From Myxococcota bacterium (GTDB lineage Bacteria > Myxococcota > XYA12-FULL-58-9 > JABJBS01), in contig JAYZAY010000058.1 of assembly GCA_036339465.1 (NCBI GenBank), forward strand, positions 1-32,041: DNA of 32,041 nucleotides, in the 5' to 3' direction. This document shows, piece after piece, positions 8,602 through 17,554 of the stretch (the stretch's first letter is position 1; the number at the start of each line of letters is the position of its first letter). Below the pieces are notes generated by a model that did no database searches, had not been told where the DNA came from, and worked only from the letters and a program-made list of their open reading frames with translations. Made by a program: the position numbers and the translations under genes.

Positions 8602-9318
8602 ATGTCCGAATTCGACATATCGGAAAGCCATCCCGAAGAAGATGATGGAGAAAGTTGGCTTGCAACCTATGCAGATGCCATTACCCTCCTTATGGCATTT
8701 TTCGTGATACTCCTGGCCCGGAGTCAAGGAGGACTTCCCACCAATCAAGAACAAGTCGAGGCTGCAGAAGAAGTGGCCGCCCAGGAGAAAGACGCTGAAG
8801 AAAGAGGAGAAGCCTTACAGACCATGAAAGAAGCCATCGAATCCATGGCCAAAACCCATGCCGTTGAGGATGCTATCGATGTTACCCAAAACAATGAAAG
8901 CGTCATCATCGAAATGGCAGACAAGGGTTTTTTCGCCACCGGTTCCTGGCGTCTCAAACCCAAAGCGAGGGTCATATTGCGTTCGTTGGCACAAGTCATA
9001 GAAACCACAGAGCTTAATTATCCCTACCAACTTGAAGTTCAAGGTCATACCGACGATGTTCCCAATCGGAAAAGAGGGCGAAATTCAAATTGGGAACTCT
9101 CATCTCGTCGAGCCACCCATGTACTCAAAATGCTCGTAAAAGGTGGGATTAAAGAAGAAAATCTCAAGGCCGTGGGCTATGCCCATACCCGGCCCAAAAG
9201 GCCAAATCGCGATACAACGGGAAAACCCATCCCCCAAAATCGCTCGGCCAATCGCAGGGTGGTGCTTCTTCTTGAAGTTGAGAAAAGAGATAAAAAAACC
9301 GTCAATCAGGTTCTTTAA
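8602..9318 (+). CDS. motB: MotB/PomB-family stator B subunit with OmpA-like peptidoglycan-binding domain
   Basis: WLATYADAITLLMAFFVIL plug/TM motif with the essential Asp, plus VQGHTDD, NWELSSRRA and NRRV OmpA-like motifs. Starts 9 nt after motA. Confidence 0.9.
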   Translation: MSEFDISESHPEEDDGESWLATYADAITLLMAFFVILLARSQGGLPTNQEQVEAAEEVAAQEKDAEERGEALQTMKEAIESMAKTHAVEDAIDVTQNNESVIIEMADKGFFATGSWRLKPKARVILRSLAQVIETTELNYPYQLEVQGHTDDVPNRKRGRNSNWELSSRRATHVLKMLVKGGIKEENLKAVGYAHTRPKRPNRDTTGKPIPQNRSANRRVVLLLEVEKRDKKTVNQVL

Positions 9319-9358
9319 AGAGCACACTAGGACATAGAACCATTGGACCAAATCCGAG

Positions 9359-10756
9359 TTAAGCAGTCGCTTGCTCAATCAATAAGCCCTGGAGCTCAAT
9401 GTCTGAAATATCTCCCGCACCAACTAAGATTTCCCCTAGCTTTTTGGCCGTCTTCTTTTGTTCTTCGAGACGAAGCATCAACGTAGACTTATTAATCATC
9501 CCCTTACTCAAAGCCAGCTGTCCTATGCTCAAGGAACCGACATACCCATAGGCCTTCTCCGCATGGGCATTGAGATCGAGCCCAACACTCTCATCATCCT
9601 CACGGAGCGCCACAAAAAGTCCCGTTACTTTTAAACAAAGCACAGTGCCAACAGCCGCAAGTAAAATCGCCGCAAAAGTTCCCTCCAATTGAGGGATCAT
9701 GAGGCTGGCGTTGCCGTAGAGTAATCCATCGGTTCCGCCCGGATTAACCTGAGTGGTCGCAAATACGCCGGTGAGAATAGAACCAACGATACCGCCCATT
9801 CCATGACAAGCAAAAACGTCAAGGGAATCATCCAGTTTAGAGCCGCGGAGTATACGAAGAGTTCCGAAGCTAACCGCCGCGCCTATCGCACCCATGACAA
9901 TAGCACTCATGGGCGTGACAAAACCGGCAGCTGGGGTGATGGTCACCAAACCAACCACAGCCCCAATGGCAGAACCTGCTGCAGAAATGGTCTTGTTGAA
10001 GATTTTATCTAGGAGCGCCCAAGTCGTCAAAGCAGCGGAAGCAGCGAGGCTCGTGGTCACCAGAGCATTGCCGGCAATCGCATCAGCCGCTAGAGCGGAG
10101 CCTGAATTAAAGCCAAACCATCCGAACCAAAGTAGGGCTGCACCCAAGAGCACAAAGGGAATATTTTGAGGCTCGATGGAACGATGTTCTCTTTCCTTTC
10201 GAGGCCCGATGACCATGGCCGCCACCAGGGCTGACACACCGGCGCTGATATGAACCACTGTCCCACCGGCAAAATCGAGAGCTCCGGCTTGACTTAGCCA
10301 ACCACCTCCCCAAACCATATGACAGAGAGGAGCATAGACAACCAAGCTCCAGAGACAGATAAAAATCATATAAGCACTAAAGCGCATTCTCTCCACCACT
10401 GCGCCTGAAATTAGCGCCGGGGTAATGATGGCAAACATCATTTGGAAAGCCATGAAAAGAACATGAGGAATCGTGCTACCTTCCTGAGGCTCAATGCCCA
10501 CGTTTTGTAATCCGAGAAAAGAAAAATCACCGATAAAAGCATTGCCCGCTCCAAATGAGAGGCTATAGCCAATCACGGCCCACTGGATAGCAATGACCCC
10601 CAGAGCGACATAGCTCATCATAAGCGTATTGAGGATGTTCTTACGATGAACCAAGCCACCGTAGAAAAAAGCAAGCCCAGGAGTCATCAGCATCACCAAG
10701 GCGGTTGACGCCAAAATCCAAGCCGTATCCCCAGAATTGATCTGCTCTAGGTTCAT
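9359..10756 (-). CDS. amtB: Ammonium transporter (Amt) with fused C-terminal tandem MshEN-like module
   Basis: GDTAW, LMTPGLAFFYGGLV, FQMMFAIITPAL, DFAGGTVVH, LWFGWFGFN and DDSLDVFACHG (twin His). Carries an extra ~55 aa tail with two 24-aa xLGxxLxxxGxxxxxxLxxxLxxQ-like units. AGGAG RBS. Confidence 0.93.
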   Translation of the reverse strand: MNLEQINSGDTAWILASTALVMLMTPGLAFFYGGLVHRKNILNTLMMSYVALGVIAIQWAVIGYSLSFGAGNAFIGDFSFLGLQNVGIEPQEGSTIPHVLFMAFQMMFAIITPALISGAVVERMRFSAYMIFICLWSLVVYAPLCHMVWGGGWLSQAGALDFAGGTVVHISAGVSALVAAMVIGPRKEREHRSIEPQNIPFVLLGAALLWFGWFGFNSGSALAADAIAGNALVTTSLAASAALTTWALLDKIFNKTISAAGSAIGAVVGLVTITPAAGFVTPMSAIVMGAIGAAVSFGTLRILRGSKLDDSLDVFACHGMGGIVGSILTGVFATTQVNPGGTDGLLYGNASLMIPQLEGTFAAILLAAVGTVLCLKVTGLFVALREDDESVGLDLNAHAEKAYGYVGSLSIGQLALSKGMINKSTLMLRLEEQKKTAKKLGEILVGAGDISDIELQGLLIEQATA

Positions 10757-11074
10757 CTAGGTCTCCTTTTCTTTCGAATCCCAACGGACATCTACTCGTT
10801 ATCGAATGATGAATAAAGACGGACACATAGACAGAGACACGTAATTTGATTTAGGAATATGACTACTTAATCATTAGGTGAAAGTCCTATGTTTTCGCAG
10901 AAGCTAGAATATGGCCTGTTTGCGCGATTCGTTTGAAATCATTCTGATTATCGGACATTTATTATCTGACAATGGCTGTCAATTTGCAGGTTTCGGTTTT
11001 GCAACTATCGCCGTTTGGATCGCTACAGAAAGCGGAAAGAGATAAGCAGAAGAATTGGGCATAGAGGAAGAGAA

Positions 11075-11110
11075 ACCGGCTTGCAAAAAAGGGAAGGAAA
11101 GCAAGCCGGT
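11075..11110 (-). terminator. Hairpin, probable terminator of the metalloprotease operon
   Basis: ACCGGCTTGC ... GCAAGCCGGT perfect 10-bp inverted repeat 17 nt after the stop, followed by a pyrimidine run on the minus strand. Confidence 0.5.
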
Positions 11111-11127
11111 CCCGTGGAAAATCAACC

Positions 11128-14100
11128 TTACTGATAGATGTTCATATTGTAGAGGAAATCGAGCTTGTAACGAACTTCACTTAAGTAGTTATCAAGCTGA
11201 TTGTCCTGCAGCTGAGGTACGGTATCCTTAATGCTTTGGATAAAATCCGCCGCGATAGATGGGTCAACATTCCGACCGTTGATACTCTTGATGGTGTCAT
11301 AGCGATACGCCTCCCAAATAACACCCATTGCATCATCTTCCCACCTTACCACACGGCTTGGGTCTGGATATTCCCGGCCAAGATTGTCGCCCGCCTGGTG
11401 GAGGAAAAGGTAGTTATTCCAAGTTCGGTCATAAATGCTTCTTAGGTAAGACATGGCATACATGAATGCATACTGCATCTCGTAATCGGTACGATTGTTG
11501 TCAATCTTGGGTACCTTATCCCAGCCACCTCTTTGATTCGCTAACCGAGACATTTCGCTATTCTTTCCTTGTGCCTCCAGGATATCATTGATGATCCTAT
11601 CGGATGCCACCGCTTCACGTACCTGATCTCCTGAGCTCGCCACTGAACCCGTGGTCGATAAAGGCAGGTGCGCATAACGAGACGTATCATCCATAAGGAG
11701 AGACTTCAGGATTTCCACGGTTTCTGCTTTGAATGCATTGGCCAAAGACATAGAACTATAACGGTTGTTTACCTCACCAATCATAAACTGCTCTAGGTTG
11801 GTGCCAAATCCACTGAAAAGTGAAATGATAGCGGCCAGTTTGTTGTTGTAGAAACCATACCGACTGACCGTACTCCACTCATCCTTGGCGAGGGTATACT
11901 TACTATACCGAGGGTGAGCGCTATCGGAGTTGGTGAAGTTTGCGGCCGCGCCACCACGATTACTCTTATAAAGAACCGGAGTTTGGCCTTGGGTGCTCCA
12001 GGAGTGACTGCCTACGTCCGGCGTCATAATGGTGTTCACCACTTCGTTCATGGCATAGCCTGCCACGCTATAATAGTAGCCTAGCTGTCGATTATCAGAA
12101 GACAGTGCCTCATGGGCATCGTAGCCATAGATTTGACCAATATAGGAAGCGAGAAGGCCAGCTCGGGTCGCATACATGAAGTAGCGAGAAAAGAGGCCAC
12201 CAATCAAGCCACCATTAAAGCTGCTATAACCGGTCACCTTGCCCCGGGTGTAGTTGCTCATCCAATAGGCCTGACGAACCCGCTCACCATAGAGATAAGC
12301 AATCTCTACAGGAGAAGTTCCAACGTCCCATCGACTACAGTTTAAATTAAAACCATCGGCAAAGGTATCTGTGCAGAACTCATGCTTGTTGAGGTACTTG
12401 CTCCCACCTTGAGGATCTTGGTACATCTCTAAACCATATTGGTCGAATGAGACACGGTTGGCATCAAAGGGCGCATAAGACCGAGTCTGGACCTTCGCCA
12501 ATTGTCCCTGACGACTTTGCTCAAAAAGGGGATGGCCATTGTCATACATTTCAATATGATTGAAATACCCGAAACGAATGGCAGCCACGTCATAGGCCCC
12601 TAGACCATGGATATCGGAACCAAAGTTCGCACCGTAATCCATGATAGAGCTGTACTGATACTCTAGGCGAGCAGGAATGTCGTCCTCATTGGTAAGAACC
12701 GCATCCCAATAGCCCTTCATGCCATCGCCGGATTCACCCACAAAGACATCATCGGGGACGACTGGGGTTGAAACACCTGGTTGGATGTAGTTCATCTCAT
12801 CGGTGGAACCTGCAAAGTTGTGTCGAAGGCCGAGGTTATGACCCACTTCGTGAAGCTGAACGCCAATATAAATTGCGTCCCGTAGAGCCTTGAGGATTTT
12901 CTCATCGTTTGCAAGAACCTTCGCATCGTAGTCTGGATCACTCTTTGGAGGATAAGGATACTGACGCGCGATTCTAGCCGCAATATAACCCACGGTAGGA
13001 TCAAGGAATTCCTGCATGTAAACGGTTTGTTCACCGAGTTCCTGCAGGATTTGTTCTCTACCAAAAATTGCCTCCCCGGTGCCCGCCACACTGTTTTCAC
13101 GTAAATTGCGAAGCAGCTCTGCGGTTTTGCTGGCTGACATATTGGGGTCCACAAATCCTTCAAACGCTTCGTCATCAAATCCGTGGAATGCATGGTGATG
13201 CTTTTGAGCTTCCTTGGAAAGCTTGCTCGCCACGGAATCTCCCTTAAGGGCTTGATGCATATTCTGCTCGATTTCCTTAAGTTGGCGCTTCATTTCGAGT
13301 TTGTCGAGATTGCTATCGATTTCCTTGTTGAAAGCGTGCAGTTCAGAATCAACCGCTGGCATACGACCGGACATAGGCGAACGCTCTCGGCTAAACTGAT
13401 TGTCGAGAGAAGTTTGGAGACCCTTGAAGTACTCACCCTCTAGCCACTCCGTGCTGTCTTTGCTGTAAATCCCATTATAAAGTTTCACCATATCCAAAGC
13501 ACGTTTAGCGTAGCTGTTTAATCCCGCGTAGTAAGTCACTGCCCATGCATTGACGGTTTCACCTGTTCGCTGGTCGTGACTACCGGGACCGTAACCCAGT
13601 GGGTTAGAAGTTCCCGCAGGACGCGCAAGCTTAAGAAAGTTGTAACGAAGGTCGCCAAAGAGCTTAATTCCCAATCCCTTAGCTCGACAAACCTCAGGAG
13701 AGTTCTCGGTGACAGGATTGGCACAAACTGCGAAAGCCACTGTTTGTTCATGGGTCGGATAACCAACGTCTGTCAAAGCCTTCACAAAACCGGTGTTCCA
13801 AATTTGGCCTATTCGCTTGGCCGCGGGAATCATCTCTTCAGGATAATCTTCAGCCATAAAATACACGATGGGATCGAGCTCTCGCTCTTGAATCGGAATC
13901 AACACACCGTTTGCGTCGACGTTCTTTTTCCACATGTTGAAGCGATTGGCTCGGTAGTGACGGGTGGCCCAAGTGTCACCATCAAATTGGTCGTAGTTCT
14001 GAACTTCGGTCTGGAAAAAACCGTACCGGGAAAACACATCGACAAAGATGGGATCACCACGAGAATCGGTGATAAGTTCACCGAAGGCATCCCGCTGCGG

Positions 14101-14808
14101 TACCTGCGCTGGATGCTTCAGCTCTTGGTAGTCGTTGTTTGGATCGATTTTCAAAATCGACGTGAATACCGAAATCATGGAAGACGCACCCATTCCAATA
14201 ACGTGCTTAGTGGTCACATTGATGTGGTCCTCTTGAATATCGAGCAGATAGGGGTCGTCATCATTGGAGGCTTCAGTTTGTACCATGTGATTGGCGGTGG
14301 GCCCCAACATATCCGCAAGGCCAGTTTGGTTTCGAGACCAATCTACCAGCATTTGCTCTCGGTCATACCACTTACGCGATGACCCATCTTCATAAAGAAC
14401 GTTGTTTTCTTCACCGGTCTGGGAATCGTATTGACGGCGAACATCCATATGGCCCAGAATCGGATAACGCGCCACAATAAATTCCTCAGGCATGTCATCC
14501 TTATCGATATCATTTCGCCCCGGAGACATCTCATCCATATCAATGGCGATAAGTTCCTTTTCGCGAATTTCCCAGCGAATGCGTGAAAGTCCGGTGGCTG
14601 AACCAATAATAGCCCCGGTCAGGTAAGCACCAAAATAAGGAATATCGGTAACCATCTGACGATAGTACCATTCACCTTGAAAGAGGGACTTGTCGACAAT
14701 ATTTGGACGGGTCTGATCAATATCACCAAGGCGCTGCGTACAGCCCGGTGCTATCAATGCCACCGCCGCGACCAAAGCAATTATTTTAGTAAGTCTAGAA
14801 GCTCTCAT
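11128..14808 (-). CDS. Large zinc-dependent metalloprotease lipoprotein (met-zincin, EcxA-like)
   Basis: Lipoprotein signal ...LIAPGC, zinc motif HEVGHNLGLRHNF (HExxHxxGxxH), Met-turn SSIMDY, and LGAYDVAAIRFGY. Confidence 0.85.
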   Translation of the reverse strand: MRASRLTKIIALVAAVALIAPGCTQRLGDIDQTRPNIVDKSLFQGEWYYRQMVTDIPYFGAYLTGAIIGSATGLSRIRWEIREKELIAIDMDEMSPGRNDIDKDDMPEEFIVARYPILGHMDVRRQYDSQTGEENNVLYEDGSSRKWYDREQMLVDWSRNQTGLADMLGPTANHMVQTEASNDDDPYLLDIQEDHINVTTKHVIGMGASSMISVFTSILKIDPNNDYQELKHPAQVPQRDAFGELITDSRGDPIFVDVFSRYGFFQTEVQNYDQFDGDTWATRHYRANRFNMWKKNVDANGVLIPIQERELDPIVYFMAEDYPEEMIPAAKRIGQIWNTGFVKALTDVGYPTHEQTVAFAVCANPVTENSPEVCRAKGLGIKLFGDLRYNFLKLARPAGTSNPLGYGPGSHDQRTGETVNAWAVTYYAGLNSYAKRALDMVKLYNGIYSKDSTEWLEGEYFKGLQTSLDNQFSRERSPMSGRMPAVDSELHAFNKEIDSNLDKLEMKRQLKEIEQNMHQALKGDSVASKLSKEAQKHHHAFHGFDDEAFEGFVDPNMSASKTAELLRNLRENSVAGTGEAIFGREQILQELGEQTVYMQEFLDPTVGYIAARIARQYPYPPKSDPDYDAKVLANDEKILKALRDAIYIGVQLHEVGHNLGLRHNFAGSTDEMNYIQPGVSTPVVPDDVFVGESGDGMKGYWDAVLTNEDDIPARLEYQYSSIMDYGANFGSDIHGLGAYDVAAIRFGYFNHIEMYDNGHPLFEQSRQGQLAKVQTRSYAPFDANRVSFDQYGLEMYQDPQGGSKYLNKHEFCTDTFADGFNLNCSRWDVGTSPVEIAYLYGERVRQAYWMSNYTRGKVTGYSSFNGGLIGGLFSRYFMYATRAGLLASYIGQIYGYDAHEALSSDNRQLGYYYSVAGYAMNEVVNTIMTPDVGSHSWSTQGQTPVLYKSNRGGAAANFTNSDSAHPRYSKYTLAKDEWSTVSRYGFYNNKLAAIISLFSGFGTNLEQFMIGEVNNRYSSMSLANAFKAETVEILKSLLMDDTSRYAHLPLSTTGSVASSGDQVREAVASDRIINDILEAQGKNSEMSRLANQRGGWDKVPKIDNNRTDYEMQYAFMYAMSYLRSIYDRTWNNYLFLHQAGDNLGREYPDPSRVVRWEDDAMGVIWEAYRYDTIKSINGRNVDPSIAADFIQSIKDTVPQLQDNQLDNYLSEVRYKLDFLYNMNIYQ

Positions 14809-14841
14809 CGCTATCTACTCCAAAGGGTTGGGTGAGCGCCC

Positions 14842-15804
14842 TTATGCACCGTTGTTGAACGGGTCAAAGGAACCACTGATGTTAAAACTAAGTTCTGATG
14901 CGTTGTAGTAATCTGCAAACGGGTTGAAGAAAGGATTTCGAATGTCGCCTTTATTATCCAGCGGGTCATAACCATAAGCGTAACTCAGGCCAAGATTGAG
15001 CCAGTCTAGAGCGCTGTAGCCAACAGACATTCCGAAGGATGCGTAGTCTCGCCAGAAAGCATCGCCTGCATTGTTTTCGAAAGTGCGGCTTTTGATAAAG
15101 GTGTAACCAACAGAACCGGAAAAGCCCTCATGGCTCACACCAATCGAGCCACCCACACTCAAACTAAGAGGCGCTAAGAGTGAACCTTCTTGGCTCCTGT
15201 CACCATCGGGTTTATCGTTGTATCTAATGTGGGAATATTTGTAGAAGGCGTAGCTAAGGGAATTTGTCAGAGACACCGAAATTGGATTCCAAGACCATGT
15301 AAGCGGAGCACCGAACCTAAGGCGGCCTCGGCTGTTGGTGACCAAGCGACTCGACCGGCTAACGGGCAAGTAATATATCAGGGAAGGGGAGAGCGAGAAC
15401 CTATAGTCCTCGATTTCAAGTTCAGGCACTCGGGAAGTCGAAAGTCTCAGATACGTACCAGAATCGCTCCAAAAAACATGGCCCATTCCGCCGCCGGTCT
15501 TTGTGAAAAACTCACCCGAGCCAGCCACAGAGAGGGAGAATCGTTCCTCCTCCGTGAGCTTCGCACTCATTCCCAAGGAGATTGCGTGGGTCACGGCGGC
15601 TCGTTTTTCGCCCGGCATGAAATTGCTCATACCGAAAGAGTTTGTAAAGCTATAATTGAAGGTTAGAGACTCTGCCAAGGTGTTCCAGTAGGAGACGTCT
15701 GCGGGTGCTTCTTCGTTCGAAACCGTAGCGCTTTCAGAGGAGGAAGACTCATTCGGGGTCGCCGTCCCAACACTTATCAAAATAGAAATAACAATAAACT
15801 TCAT
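14842..15804 (-). CDS. Hypothetical secreted protein, probable outer-membrane beta-barrel
   Basis: Hydrophobic N-terminus and many alternating aromatic/hydrophobic strands (FNYSFTNSF, FSLSPSLIYY, FGMSVGYS, LNLGLSYAY, LSFNISGSF). Lies 33 nt upstream of the protease, with AAGGAAGG before the ATG. Confidence 0.6.
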   Translation of the reverse strand: MKFIVISILISVGTATPNESSSSESATVSNEEAPADVSYWNTLAESLTFNYSFTNSFGMSNFMPGEKRAAVTHAISLGMSAKLTEEERFSLSVAGSGEFFTKTGGGMGHVFWSDSGTYLRLSTSRVPELEIEDYRFSLSPSLIYYLPVSRSSRLVTNSRGRLRFGAPLTWSWNPISVSLTNSLSYAFYKYSHIRYNDKPDGDRSQEGSLLAPLSLSVGGSIGVSHEGFSGSVGYTFIKSRTFENNAGDAFWRDYASFGMSVGYSALDWLNLGLSYAYGYDPLDNKGDIRNPFFNPFADYYNASELSFNISGSFDPFNNGA

Positions 15805-16632
15805 TAAAACCTTCCTTACACGACCCGAAGAGCAATTAATATGCCACCATTAACTCCAATAAAAACAGGGCACATCAATAAATCCGGTTCGAGACTACGA
15901 ACCATTCATCATTCAGTCATTGTTGAAGTTTCAAAACTCGAACTTTTTAACCTGGAATTCTCTGAAAACCGATCATCACGGGCCTTTACACAAAGAGATG
16001 AAGGGTTCGGCCCCAACTTGAGAGACCAAACCCGAAATCACCGGTTCTAATTCACGAACTATTCACGACTTTGATAAATGAGACATTGAATGACTGGTTG
16101 CAATAACCGAGTCCAAAATCCATCAAAGCACCGCCCTTACACTCACGCTTAATCAACGTGCCCATGGGATAGCCGTTTTCGAAAAGCCTGAGGGCGGGTG
16201 AAAGGGTTTTCTTTGTCGGGATTGTTCACCCTAGAAAACAATCCTGAAATGCGTGACAATCGCCCGCTCAAACCACTTTAAGTCGGGAATTGTGAATCAG
16301 GTAAAATATGTCCACGAATCTCTGGGTCACAGTCGTTTAGCTGCTCTCATGAACCGCAATTCCCTGGTGCTCGTAAAGTGTGGGTCTTAGCGCCGAACCT
16401 CTCAATTCAAGGTCCGAGTCGAATAGGAATAGAACAATATCATGAGCCGCCGTATCCTCGGCCCTGAGCCCCCATAGGACTTTCCTCTTTTGGGTTTGAA
16501 ATCGAAATATGTAACGATTCTAACTTTGGAACCCACTACTCAGGGTTCGAGTGGATATCTAGTTCAACAAGCGCAGAGAACGGAAAATGAAAGAGGCAAG
16601 GGGAGAAAAGCACATGACGGTCCAAAACAGTC

Positions 16633-17454
16633 TTAATTATTTGCTTTTTCTTCGGCTGCTGGAGCCCCTGGGGCGGCCGGTTTTGCGGTCTCAGCTGCTT
16701 TTTCTGCTGCGGGAGCCGCTTTGTCGGCATCAGCAGTCGCTGCCGCAGTCACATCGTTGGTCTTAGGCTCGGTCGCCGCTGGTGGAATTTGCCATGAAAC
16801 AAACTTTCGATGTGCTTCTTGGGCATTTTGCGCTTCTCGAACCAGGCCAGTCAAAGTTTTGCGGGGCCAATTTTTCTGAATCAAATTGACCAGCCAACCG
16901 GGCAGCAGCCCCTTGGGGTCCGTATGAACTTCAACTTCTAACTTGGTCTTATTTTCACCGGGAATGGCTTTAAATCGATAATAGGTACCCATTGCGGAAG
17001 CCCGCACGCAGCAGTCATCTTCGGGACGATTCTCATTTTCAACCGAACGAATATGCGCAGTGAAAACACGGTTTTCATTGTCCATGTTGCCAGTCGCTTG
17101 TAAAACATAGTCCCGGTCTGAAATAGGGAAGGGAAGACCAAAACGAATCCAATAGGTCTTATCAAATTCCCCGCTTCGAACAATATCCTTAGAACTATGG
17201 AAACGGTCCACCCAAAGATTTCGGCGCGCGGAATCGAGAAAAATCGACATCACCATACTGATGGGAAGGTCAGCAATCATCTCACCACGAAATGCAAAGA
17301 TATTACTCTCTTTCACTTCTTTACGATGGGTAACAAAACCTTCATCTTCAGAAATCAATTCCCAGCCATCTTTGACCAAGTCCTCAGACGCATAAGAAGG
17401 AGTAGAAACCAAAAGGCCGAAAAGCGCCATGAACGCCATGAACTTCATTCGCAT
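16633..17454 (-). CDS. Secreted START-domain (lipid-binding) protein with Ala/Pro/Lys-rich C-terminal tail
   Basis: Signal peptide, GWELI, LPFPISDRDYV and HTDPKGLLPGWLVNL START motifs, and a low-complexity tail. Confidence 0.8.
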   Translation of the reverse strand: MRMKFMAFMALFGLLVSTPSYASEDLVKDGWELISEDEGFVTHRKEVKESNIFAFRGEMIADLPISMVMSIFLDSARRNLWVDRFHSSKDIVRSGEFDKTYWIRFGLPFPISDRDYVLQATGNMDNENRVFTAHIRSVENENRPEDDCCVRASAMGTYYRFKAIPGENKTKLEVEVHTDPKGLLPGWLVNLIQKNWPRKTLTGLVREAQNAQEAHRKFVSWQIPPAATEPKTNDVTAAATADADKAAPAAEKAAETAKPAAPGAPAAEEKANN

Positions 17455-17554
17455 AGTATATCTCCAAATAGCACAAAAGTGGGTAAGAGTGTGGCGCTAC
17501 GCGTAGCCAATAGGCACTGTCTTAGCAAGAAAATAAGGCGCAACCACGGCACTT

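Noticed and set aside
7759..9318. Zorya ZorAB anti-phage system
   Set aside because: The A subunit lacks the long ZorA tail and keeps flagellar-stator motifs, and there are no ZorC/D/E neighbours.
10973..10988. Sigma-54-like TGGCTGTCAATTTGCA near amt
   Set aside because: It is on the plus strand, pointing away from amt towards the 3' end of the protease gene, so it has no target gene.
13576..14382. Long alternative-frame ORFs (for example 13576..14382, 30830..31549, 31138..31767)
   Set aside because: They overlap well-supported genes and are shadow ORFs with no motifs.
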